Positions 1 to 10,236 of a DNA stretch of 20,000 bases are shown piece by piece; position 1 is the first letter of the stretch; each line of letters opens with the position of its first letter. The position numbers and the translations under genes were made by a program. Location of the stretch: NCBI GenBank assembly GCA_026025795.1, contig JAPEUG010000043.1:49707-69706 (forward strand), written 5' to 3'. Origin of the DNA: Thelocarpon superellum. Lineage: Eukaryota. The notes beneath the pieces were generated by a model. The model was not told where the DNA came from. It worked only from the letters and a program-made list of their open reading frames with translations, and ran no database searches.

Positions 1-2
1 TT

Positions 3-3000
3 GACGATCTCGATGATGACACCGCCGTTGCTACCGGGCCGACGTCGGCGCGGGCGCTGGGTTTACAGGCCCAGACCGCCGACCTCCTTCACCACTACCT
101 CACCACGGACGGCTTGCTCGAACGAGCTCTCGAGCGCGCGCGCTCGGCGCCGCACATCATGACCTTTACCACGACGCGCGCGTTGACGACGCTGTTCGCG
201 CTGCTCAACCAGACCTGCCGCCGCATGATCGAGCATAACCTGCAACACGCCGACTTCGCCCTGACGCAGGACCAGATCGAGTCCTTCCTCTCCAAGAAGC
301 TTCTGCTCGCGCTCGTTTGGGCACTGACGGGTGACTGCCCGTTGCGTGAGCGCCAGGCTTTCGGTGCCTATCTGGTAGGACTCACGACGTTCCCGTCGCC
401 ACTGACCACCGATGCGGCGTCGTCGCTCATCGACTTTGACGTGAATCTACCCAAGGCGGAGTGGGTGGATTGGCAGGGTCAGGTACCACGCATCGAAGTC
501 AACACGCATTCAGTCACGCAGACGGACGTGGTGATCCCTACGCTGGATACGATCCGGCACGAGGACGTGCTGTACTCCTGGCTCGCCGAGCACCGGCCGC
601 TGCTGCTTTGTGGGCCGCCCGGTTCTGGCAAGACGATGACGCTCTTCAGCGCGCTGCGCAAGCTGCCCAACATGGAGGTGGTCGGGCTGAACTTCTCGAG
701 CGCCACCACGCCCGAGCTGCTCATCAAGACGTTCGAGCAGTATGGCGAGTACCGGAAGACGCTCAACGGCGTAGTGCTGGCCCCTACGCAGATCGGCCGT
801 TGGCTCGTCGTCTTCTGCGACGAGATCAACTTGCCGGCACCCGACCGCTACGGCACGCAACGTGCCATTTCCTTCCTGCGCCAACTTGTCGAGCAGAACG
901 GTTTTTGGCGCACGTCTGACAAGACCTGGGTCACGCTCGACCGCATCCAATTCGTCGGCGCCTGCAACCCGCCTACCGATGCCGGCCGCTCCCCGCTGGG
1001 CGCGCGCTTCCTGCGTCATGCGCCAGTGCTCATGGTCGACTACCCCGGCGAGCTGTCGCTCAAGCAGATCTATGGCACCTTCACCCAAGCCATCCTGAAG
1101 GTGCTCCCCGCGCTACGTGGCTACGCCGACCCGCTCACCTCGGCCATGGTGCAGCTGTACCTCGAGTCACAGGCCCGCTTTACGCCACAGCAGCAACCGC
1201 ATTACGTCTACAGCCCACGTGAGTTGACGCGCTGGGTGCGCGGCGTGTATGAGGCCATCCGTCCCCTCGAGCACCTGTCGGTCGAGGGGCTGGTACGTAT
1301 CTGGGCCCACGAGGCCTTGCGTCTCTTCCAGGACCGGCTGGTGGCCGAGGACGAGCGCGACTGGACGCAGGCCGCGACGCGCCGCATCGCGTTGGCACAC
1401 TTCCCCACCATCGACGAGGCTCAAGCGCTCGGGGGACCCATCCTTTTTTCCAACTGGCTGTCGAAATACTACGTGCCGGTGGAGCGCGAACAGCTACGCG
1501 ACTTCGTCAAGGCGCGACTCAAGACCTTCTGCGAGGAAGAAGTAGACGTCCCACTAATCCTCTTCAACGACGTGCTCGAGCACGTGCTCCGCATCGATCG
1601 CGTCTTCCGCCAGCCACAAGGCCACTTGATCCTCATCGGCGTGAGCGGCAGTGGCAAGACGACGCTATCACGGTTTGTGGCATGGATGAATGGCCTCAAA
1701 GTCTTTCAGATCAAGGTGCACGGCCGCTATTCGGCCGAAGATTTTGACGATGACCTGCGCGACGTGCTGCGACGAGCGGGTTGTAAGGGCGAAAAGATCT
1801 GTTTCATCATGGACGAATCCAACGTGCTTGACTCGGGCTTCCTTGAGCGCATGAACACGCTGCTGGCGAACGCGGAGGTGCCGGGCCTGTTCGAGGGCGA
1901 CGAGTTTGCAGCGCTCATGACGGCGTGCAAGGAGGGAGCGCAGCGACAGGGTCTATTACTCGACTCGCCAGAGGAGCTCTACCGCTGGTTCACGCAGCAG
2001 ATCATCCAGAATCTGCACGTCGTCTTCACCATGAATCCCCCGGGCGCCGAGGGTCTCTCATCCAAGGCGGCAACCAGTCCCGCGCTCTTCAATCGTTGCG
2101 TGCTCAACTGGTTTGGTGACTGGTCGGACCAGGCGCTCTTCCAGGTGGGCACGGAGCTGACGCAGGCCGTCGACCTTGACCGACCCGACTTCGTCGCGCC
2201 CGACGCCATTCCCGTGGCATACCGCGACCTGCCCCTGCCGCCGTCGCACCGCGCTGCCGTCGTCAACGCCATGGTGTACGTGCACGGCGCGGTGGCGCAC
2301 TTCAACCACCGGCGGGAGAAGCAGTTGGGCCAGACGACGTTCCTGACGCCACGCCATTTCCTCGACTTTGTGGCGCAGTACGTGCGCCTCTACCACGAGA
2401 AACGTGAAGACCTCGAGGAGCAGCAGCGCCATCTGAATGTTGGGCTGGAGAAGTTGCGCGACACGGTGGAACAAGTGCGGCAGCTCCGCGCCAGCCTCGC
2501 GGCCAAGCAAAAGCAGCTCACCACCAAGGATGCCGAGGCGAACGAGAAGCTTCAACGCATGGTGGCCGATCAGCGCGAGGCGGAGCAGCGCAAGGCGACC
2601 TCGCTCGAGGTGCAGCAGGCGCTGGAGGCGCAGGAAGCGGCGGTAGCGACACGACGCGACGTGGTGCTGCACGATCTCGCCCAGGCCGAGCCAGCGGTCG
2701 AAGAGGCCCAGCGCAGCGTGAGCAACATCAAGCGCCAGCAGCTGACCGAGGTGCGCTCCATGGGCAGCCCGCCCGCGGGGGTCAAGCTCGCGCTGGAGGC
2801 AGTCTGTACGTTGCTTGGGCACCGCGTCGACAGTTGGAAGAGCATCCAGGCGATCGTCCGCCGTGATGACTTCATCGCCAGCATCGTCAACTACGACAAC
2901 GAGAATCAGATGACACGTGCGCACCGACTCAAGATGCAGGTGGAGTACTTGACCAAGGAGGACTTCACCTACGAGCGCGTCAACCGCGCGAGCAAGGCGT

Positions 3001-5941
3001 GCGGCCCGCTCGTGCAGTGGGTCGAGGCGCAGGTCAATTATTCTGATATCCTCGACCGCGTTGGCCCGCTGCGCGACGAGGTCGGCCATCTCGAGGCCCA
3101 GGCGCACCAGACCAAGGCCGAGGCGCAAGCCATCGAGCAAACCATTGCCCAATTGGAGCAGAGCATTGGCACCTACAAGACCGAGTACGCGGCCCTCATC
3201 AGCGAGACCCAAGCCATCAAGACGGAGATGGCGCGCGTGCAGTTCAAGGTCGACCGTAGCGTGAAGCTGCTCGACAGCCTGGCCGCCGAGCGCACGCGGT
3301 GGGAGGAGGGCAGCACCACGTTCGAGACGCAGATCGGCACGATCGTGGGTGACGTGCTACTGGCGGCCGCCTTCCTGGCCTACGCCGGGCTCTACGACCA
3401 GCAATTCCGCAAGGCGATGCTGGACGACTGGCGCTTGCAGCTGGCCCGCTCCGGGATCCAACATAAGCCGCATAACCCCATCACCGAGTACTTGTCCTCG
3501 GCCGACGAGCGGCTGCAGTGGCACGCGCACGCGTTACCCGTGGACGATCTCTGCACGGAGAATGCCATCATCCTGCAACGCTTCCAGCGCTATCCGCTCA
3601 TCGTCGACCCCTCCGGCCGCGTGACCGAGTTCCTGCGGCAGGAGCACCGCGACCGGCGCCTCACCGTCACCAGCTTCCTCGACGACTCGTTTCTCAAGCA
3701 GCTCGAGAGTGCCCTCCGTTTCGGCAATGCCATTCTCATCCAAGATGCGGAGCACCTCGACCCCGTCTTGAGCCATGTGCTAAACAAGGAATATCAGCGC
3801 ACGGGCGGGCGGGTGCTGATCCAGCTGGGGAAGCAAGAAATCGACTTCTCGCCGGCCTTCAAGGTGTATCTGGCGACGCGCGACCCATCGGCCTCGTTCG
3901 CGCCCGATGTGTGCAGCCGCACGACGATCGTCAACTTCACGGTGACGCAGAGCAGCTTGCAGACGCAGTCGCTCAACGAGGTGCTCAAGGCCGAGCGGCC
4001 CGACGTGGATCGGCGACGCTCGACCCTGCTCAAACTGCAGGGCGAATTCAAGGTGCACCTACGCCAGCTGGAGAAGCGGCTGCTGGCCGCGCTCAACGAG
4101 TCGCGTGGCAACATCCTCGACAACGACCACGTCATCGAGACGCTCGAGACGCTCAAGCAGGAGGCCGCCGAGATCTCCCGCCAGATGGCCGAGACCGAGG
4201 GCGTCATGACCGAGGTCGAGCAGATCACGCGCCAGTACGACGTCGTAGCCCGCGCCTGCAGCGCCGTCTTCGCCGTGCTTGAGCAATTGCACCACCTGAA
4301 CCACTTTTACCAGTTCTCGCTGCAGTACTTCACCGACATCTTCCGCGCCGTGCTGCACGACAATCCGCGCTTGACCAGCGCCGTGACGGATCACCAGGCT
4401 CGAGTCGACGTGATCCTGCGCGATCTCTTTGTCGCCACCTACCACCGCACCTCGCTGGGCCTGCTGCAGCGCGATCGCGTCACCCTAGCCCTGCTGCTGG
4501 CTCAAGCGGCACCGTACCCGCTTGATTCGAGTCTGCTCGCGCTCGTGCACGACGAGCGTCTGCCCGGGGTCGACGTCTCCACGGAGCGCGACCGGCGAGA
4601 CGAGGTGCACGCCCGCGCCGCCCGGCTGCCCATCTTCCAGCCATATCTGGCGGCGATCTCCACCGAGCAGTGGGATGCCTTCATCTCGGCCGAGGTGGCC
4701 GAGGATGTGGTTCCCACGGTATGGCCCGCCGATGCGGACCCACGCGACCGTCAGCTGCGCTCCCTGCTTCTTGTCAAGCTCTTCCGGCTCGACCGCTTCG
4801 TGCCCGCGGCCGAGCGCTTCGTCACGGCTGTGTTTGGGTCGGAGCTGTGGGCGAGCAGCGGTGACCTCGGCGACGTGCTCGACCAGGTGGCGGCGACGAC
4901 GCCCATCGCGCTCAGCTCGAGCCCGGGCTTCGACGCCAGCTACAAGGTGGACAATCTGGTGGCGCGCACGCAGACGGCCTGCACCAATATCGCCATGGGC
5001 TCGGCCGAGGGCTTGTCCAGCGCGGATCAGGCCATCAGCCACGCGGCGGCGACGGGGTCATGGGTGCTGATCAAGAACGTGCACTTGGCGCCCACCTGGC
5101 TGCAGAGTCTCGAGAAGCGACTGGATGCGCTGAAGCCGCACGAGAACTTCCGTCTCTTCCTCTCCATGGAGGCCAGCCCCAAGATCGCGGTCAACCTACT
5201 GCGGGCCTCGCGCGTGCTGATGTACGAGCAGCCGGCGGGGATCAAGGCCAACATGAAGGACTCCCTGTCCTCGGTCACGACGCGCGCGAGCCAGGAGCCG
5301 GTCGAGCGGGCACGCCTCTACTTCCTGATGTCCTTCCTGCACGCCGTGATCCAAGAGCGCTTGCGGTATGCGCCGACGTTAGGCTGGAAGGGGTTCTGGG
5401 AGTTCAACGACAGCGATGTAAGTCATAGGACCGACGGTCTCGCGTGGTAAGACACGGTGCTGACGATGGGAACTAGTACGAATGCTCAGCCTTCATCATC
5501 GATACGTGGGTGGAGTCGGTGGCGTCGGGTCGTTCCAACGTGGCGCCGCAGAAGCTGCCGTGGGAGATGATTCGCACGCTCATCACAGAAATGTATGGAG
5601 GCAAGGTGGATGACGAGAGCGACTTCGCCAGCCTGGCGGCGCTCGTGCAGCAGTTCATGGTCCCCGAGGCCTTTGAGAGCGAACACAAGCTGGTCGAGGG
5701 CGCGGTGGGCAGCCAGGACGAGGGGTTGACGGTGCCGAGCGGCACGGGCATGAAGGATTTCATGGCTTGGGTGCAGCGCTTACCGGAACGCGAGCCGCCC
5801 ACCTATCTGGGGCTTCCGGCCAACGCGGAGAAATTGCTGTTGGTGGGCCATGGCACGTCGATGATGCATGACGTGCACCTCGTGAGCCATCTGTTGGATG
5901 AGGGAGAACAGATCATGGCCGAGGCGGAGCAGGAGGCTTGA
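3..5941 (+). CDS. DYN1: Cytoplasmic dynein heavy chain, 5'-partial (nudA/ro-1 orthologue); AAA3-AAA4, stalk/MTBD, AAA5-AAA6 and C-terminus
   Basis: Frame is open from nt 3. Walker A GPPGSGKT (AAA3) with [18 protein letters not shown] (AAA4); coiled-coil stalk with MTBD ([11 protein letters not shown]); RYPLIVDP (AAA5); [10 protein letters not shown] and [10 protein letters not shown] (AAA6). Exons 3-5417 and 5477-5941. Intron 5418-5476 (GTAAGT..GCTGAC..TAG) joins [15 protein letters not shown]. Confidence 0.98.
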
Positions 5942-5953
5942 GACTGGTCATCT

Positions 5954-5993
5954 CACGCCCACACGCACACGCACACGCAAACACGCACTCACA
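5954..5993 (+). repeat. Degenerate (CACACG)n microsatellite in dynein 3' UTR
   Basis: cacgcccacacgcacacgcacacgcaaacacgcactcaca, starting about 12 nt after the stop codon. Confidence 0.7.
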
Positions 5994-6316
5994 ACGTGAC
6001 TTTTCTTTCTGTACGAAGTACCTTTGTCGCACTTTCTGAGCTCTTCCCTCTGCTTATCTTCTCCGATACCAGAAGGTCTGTTGTTGCATTGTATTTTATG
6101 TGGACTTAGCGAGGCGTTCAGAATAGTCGTTTCATGAAATTGCAGCGTTCTCTCATCAATCGTCTTTCCAGCGAATCAATTGCATATCCAACGACGGAGC
6201 CCAGCTCCATTTCGACATGAATCCCCCACTCGAGGTATGAACAAGGCTCTCGCATCAGTACAGGATGCTCCGCGTCCTCGCCCCTCGCTTGGTGCCCATC
6301 GCCCGCTCCCAGCGAC

Positions 6317-6715
6317 CTAAGAAGTGCACCAATCGGTATTCGGATCCACGGCCCCCTGGGACGCGAGCTTGATGGCGGTGTTGACGATACGCCAAGGATT
6401 CTTCGAAATGGCGGTATCCGTCGTCGCCGGCAGCGCAAACTTCGCCTGGGTCCAATTCCCCCCCATGGGAGAACATTTCCAGTCATTCACAATGGCCGCC
6501 TGAGTATTCATTTTATCCAGCAAGCCCTCGCCCGGCCCCTTCTGATTCGAGCCCCATCCCTCCATGTTCACCACGAAGTGGATGAAAACCTGTGCGTACG
6601 TCGTGCAGAGCGGCTCCTGGGCCAGGGGATTTGCCGCCGGTTCGGCTTGTGGGAGAGCCGAGGCCGTCAGAAACAGTGGCGCGACGAGTGGTGCGAGGAG
6701 GTGGAGGAGCTGCAT
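6317..6715 (-). CDS. Small secreted protein, 132 aa, intronless, unknown function (effector/toxin-like)
   Basis: ATG at 6715 gives a typical signal peptide (MQLLHLLAPLVAPLFLTASA|LP), a pro-like segment (QAEPAANPLAQEP) and a globular-looking mature region with 3 Cys. The upstream non-ATG part of the ORF (6716-6856) looks like Pro/Arg-rich UTR. Confidence 0.75.
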   Translation of the reverse strand: MQLLHLLAPLVAPLFLTASALPQAEPAANPLAQEPLCTTYAQVFIHFVVNMEGWGSNQKGPGEGLLDKMNTQAAIVNDWKCSPMGGNWTQAKFALPATTDTAISKNPWRIVNTAIKLASQGAVDPNTDWCTS

Positions 6716-7078
6716 CCTGCTTGGCTGTGGAGCGTCGACCGATGCTGGACGAGCGCGAGCGACACGAAGTAATGACGGAAGAGGACGAGTGGGGGGAGTC
6801 TCGTAGGTGGGTGGCTTGAGGAATATGATGGGAGATGAGAGATGACCGGTGTTCAATTTGAGCGTTTCTTGAGACTAGGGATCAGTAGAATGAATAACGG
6901 AGGGTTGAGGCGGAGTAAAATGAGGTTCAGTTCCCTTATCTGCACGGACAAGAGCTCTACGCGTGTGATTCGGTCGACTCTTTGCTCTCTGCTTGCCTCG
7001 CTCGTCCTCTGAATCCTCCTCGATTGCCCCTGCTTCTCCTCCACTCCCATCCTTCGGCTGCGGCTATGTGGAAGAGTC

Positions 7079-8249
7079 CACGTGGAGACCATGTGGATAT
7101 GGGATTAGGGTTGGGCGTGGGATTGGGATGTGGGACGTGTGCCCTGGAACCCCGCGGCGAGCAACGCTTAGAGGAGTAGGAGGAAGGAGGGCCGGTACGA
7201 ACCGACTATCACCTTGAGCGTTCCCTGAGGATGGAGCCACGGAGCCAAGTGAACTTGTGGGTGTGGACTTCGGTAAGGGAGCAACTGACTAAACGTACGA
7301 GGATCCCCGATCCAAGCAGGGCCCAAACTCAGACGATGGCATAGCAAGGGTTCACCGTCTGACAAAGGCAGACAGGAGAATCCGCAGCTAGACCCTTCTA
7401 AACATGCCGCTACGTAATGCCTCGACCATGTCCGACATGAAACGACAGTGTGCATGCGACAGACGGCGAGGATAGGCGCAAACTTGGGTCCCATGACCAT
7501 CCAAGCGTGGTTGGGGCAGTGGTGCAGTGGTGGAGGATTCGGTAAGAATGGCACTGCAGGATCAAGTGGGGACCGGGCAATGTGGGAGGATCAATTAAGT
7601 CTGTGGACGATGGCCAATGAGCGAGCCAGGGTGAGCTGCGTCGTCCAACGATTCTGGTTGCACACCCAGCACCACGACCACACGCGTGGATGGAAACCCT
7701 AGGTGATCACGTGAACCAAGCAGGAACATATATTGAGTCGGTGGTTGGCATATGAGAGTTGGGCGTGTCAGGAAAAGCATGTCTTGACCTGCGATCCGCC
7801 AGGGGTCGAAAGTATGCACGTGACGATTAGGAACCGCTTACCGTGAGATCGAAGATGGTGAGATACAGTACCCCGCGAACAAGGTAGTCGGTATCTTGTG
7901 ACCAAGAATCTTCCCTCATACCATACATCTAAAAATGTATGATGGAAGAAAAAGGAGCAGTCCCTGGCTCGTGTCGCATGAGCGCGCCACATTCATCCGC
8001 ATCGGCACGAGCCGAAGGATGAGCTGACAAAGGCACGTGAAGGGAAGCAAAGAGAGGACCGAGGCAGACCAGACAGACCAAGGCAATGGACGGTGTCAAC
8101 CATGCATTTTCATCAGACTGTCTGCTGGGGAGTCATAGAAGCATGTCGGCCCGTCTAAGACGCGGGACTGAGTCTCCTTGCCTGAGCCATGCAAAGATCG
8201 GAGAGCATAAGGCAAGAACAATACTGCATTACGTGATCGGTCACGTGAC
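7079..8249. promoter_or_regulatory. Cluster of CACGTG E-boxes (candidate bHLH sites) in the divergent spacer
   Basis: CACGTG at 7079, 7708, 7817, 8034 and 8242. Four are followed by A, and 8240-8249 is the perfect palindrome GTCACGTGAC. Confidence 0.5.
7101..7134 (+). other. Putative G-quadruplex-forming sequence
   Basis: GGG ATTA GGG TT GGG CGT GGG ATT GGG ATGT GGG: six G3 tracts with 2-4 nt loops. Confidence 0.65.
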
Positions 8250-8294
8250 TCTTCGTCAGAAATTACCTAAAGCCAAGCCGCTTGAGCGAAGCAG

Positions 8295-8509
8295 CCAATC
8301 GTTCAGCCGAGTGACCCCGGCTCGACCCCACCAATCATAGTCCATGATTGTACCACCCACTTTATTGACTGGGCTCCGGCGCACGACACTGATCATGCTG
8401 GATAGCGAGCTGCCTCCATATCCGCTTGGCCTGGAGCCGTGCACCACGCCGTGCACCACGCCGCGTTCCACGCATTTTGGAGACAAGGAAAATGGCTCCC
8501 CACGATTGG
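8295..8509. promoter_or_regulatory. CCAAT boxes upstream of the GNAT gene
   Basis: CCAATC at 8295 and 8331, and ATTGG at 8505; all lie 310-530 nt upstream of the ATG at 8822. Confidence 0.35.
8436..8463 (+). repeat. 12-bp tandem duplication (GCCGTGCACCAC)x2.3
   Basis: Read directly from the sequence. Confidence 0.8.
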
Positions 8510-8821
8510 ACTGCTGGCTACCATATATCCACTGGTGGGTAGTACTCGCACCTCATTGTAGCTATGCCGTAGCTAGAACAGCTAGAGCGGGCTAGTTCGA
8601 GGGCTCCAAGGGGCAGATTTCCATCTTTCCCACTGCTTTCCGTCGCGCATACATATCCTCGCCCATACGCAGGTAGCACGCGTCGCGTGCTTTCTACTCT
8701 GAACTGTCGTTACCCATCGCTGTGCTGGCCCACTGTGATATCTTCCGCCGTCATACGACCATCCGCCGCGCTCCTCACCTCCCTGGGGGCCAACCTGCGC
8801 CTGGCGGACGAGGATCTCCCA

Positions 8822-9885
8822 ATGGCGTCCTCGCCCACCACCCCACTTACGCCTTCGCCAGCACCCTCCCCTCCCTCCACGACGCAAGACCTCTCCACCA
8901 AAGTCGCACCGGACCCTCTCGCGGACGTCCCGCCTCTCACCACCTCTCTCGCGACGGAAGACCCGACCGTTGTCGCCGCCCTCCGCCTCGTCGCCGACAG
9001 CGTCGCGCAACAACGCCAAGTAGCCGCGCTGGCCATCATCGCGCATCCCTCGATCCTCGCCGCGTACGCGCTCCTGCTCGCCATCCTCGCACACTTCCAA
9101 TGGCGCAAGCCGACGGACTGGCCCGTCTTTTTCACCACCGCCCTCGGCGTCACCATGGCCGTGCTCCTGTCCGTGCGATGGGCCGTCGATGGCTATCTGA
9201 CCGAGGCGGAGAAGATCACGTGGGCGTGGCTGCGCGGGTCCGAGGAGAATGACACGGTGCTGATTACGCGATTCGGCGACGAGGTGATTGGCACGATCAT
9301 CGTTCGGATGGAGGGTAGTCCCGTCCATCAGCCACCGACCCCCGGGCCTACGTCGACGCCGAAGGGGCGACGGAAGAACGCGGCAAAGTCAATCACGGCC
9401 GGAAAGGAGGTGGGAAAGGAATTAGGAAGGGGAGCAGGAGCAGGAGGGAAGGGCATAATCCGCGGCTGGGCGGTCCGACTCCGATACCGAGGAAAAGGAG
9501 TAGGGCGGAATCTGCTGGACGAGGCAATCCAGCATGTTCGGAATCGATTTGGGCCGGATGCAATCGTGGAAATTGCCCCTGATCATGCGAGTATGTTTCG
9601 CACGACTTCCTTCTGTCCCTTTTCCCCTCTCCCCCCCCCTCTCTCCCTCAACTCCTTCTCCGTTGAGTGGGTGGCAAGAGAGGACGGACGAGCCTATACT
9701 AACAAGACCAAATAGACTCGAGGAAAATCCTACCCTCTATATTCAACGGCCCGTTGAACAAGCGCGGGAAGCAAGCTAGGAGGATGGTAGATGCGGCGTT
9801 GCTTCTTCCGCCTCCGCCCTCTTCCGCTGCTTCGACCACTGCGTCTGTTGCTGCTCCCTCTCCGCCACCTTCATCATCATCGTAG
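8822..9885 (+). CDS. GNAT-family N-acetyltransferase with two predicted transmembrane segments, 312 aa
   Basis: Acetyl-CoA-binding motif A (IRGWAVRLRYRGKGVGRNLL). Hydrophobic segments SILAAYALLLAILAHF and VFFTTALGVTMAVLLSV. Exons 8822-9590 and 9716-9885. Intron GTATGT..TACTAAC..TAG gives DHAN|SRKILPSIFN. Confidence 0.85.
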
Positions 9886-10075
9886 TCATGGGCGAATGAT
9901 ATTGGTCGGGCTGGAGTGTGTAGACTATGATCGATGGTACAGGTAGAAAGATAGATGTACCGAGATCATGGATGGATACGGTTTGGTCTACTGCTCACTT
10001 TCCTCTCACTCGCTTGCTTGTTCGCTCGTTCACGGCAAATTGATGACCGGCTGATTGAGTATCTTCATCTTGCTT

Positions 10076-10106
10076 GATCCAGATCCAGATCCAGATCCAG
10101 ATCCAG
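10076..10106 (+). repeat. (GATCCA)5 microsatellite between convergent 3' ends
   Basis: gatccagatccagatccagatccagatccag. Confidence 0.9.
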
Positions 10107-10236
10107 TGCTATGTACATCAAAGTCCACCATGCAATATACCGCGCAATGCCAAATGACGGACACCATCTAACGCATCCAAGACCCCCTTCCCCTTCCCTC
10201 TTTCTCTCTCACCCTTTTCGAAGGGATGAGCACGGT

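Noticed and set aside
2058..3212. Long antisense and alternate-frame ORFs inside dynein (e.g. 384 aa), ProRS (13621-14499) and TCP1 (14851-15738, 15149-15982)
   Set aside because: Expected shadows of strong GC3 codon bias in real genes; no recognisable domains.
7105..7112. TTAGGGTT as a telomerase RNA template (AACCCUAA on - strand) or interstitial telomere
   Set aside because: It is a single 8-mer inside a G-tract motif, and a TER on that strand would run through the secreted-protein gene. No repeat array is present.
6857..8686. Short ORFs in the long spacer, or a decayed transposon
   Set aside because: No transposase/RT motifs, terminal repeats or AT-rich RIP signature are visible, and the peptides look random.
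8687..8821. 45-aa GTG-initiated N-terminal extension of the GNAT protein
   Set aside because: Non-ATG start; the ATG at 8822 is the more parsimonious start and nothing supports the extension.
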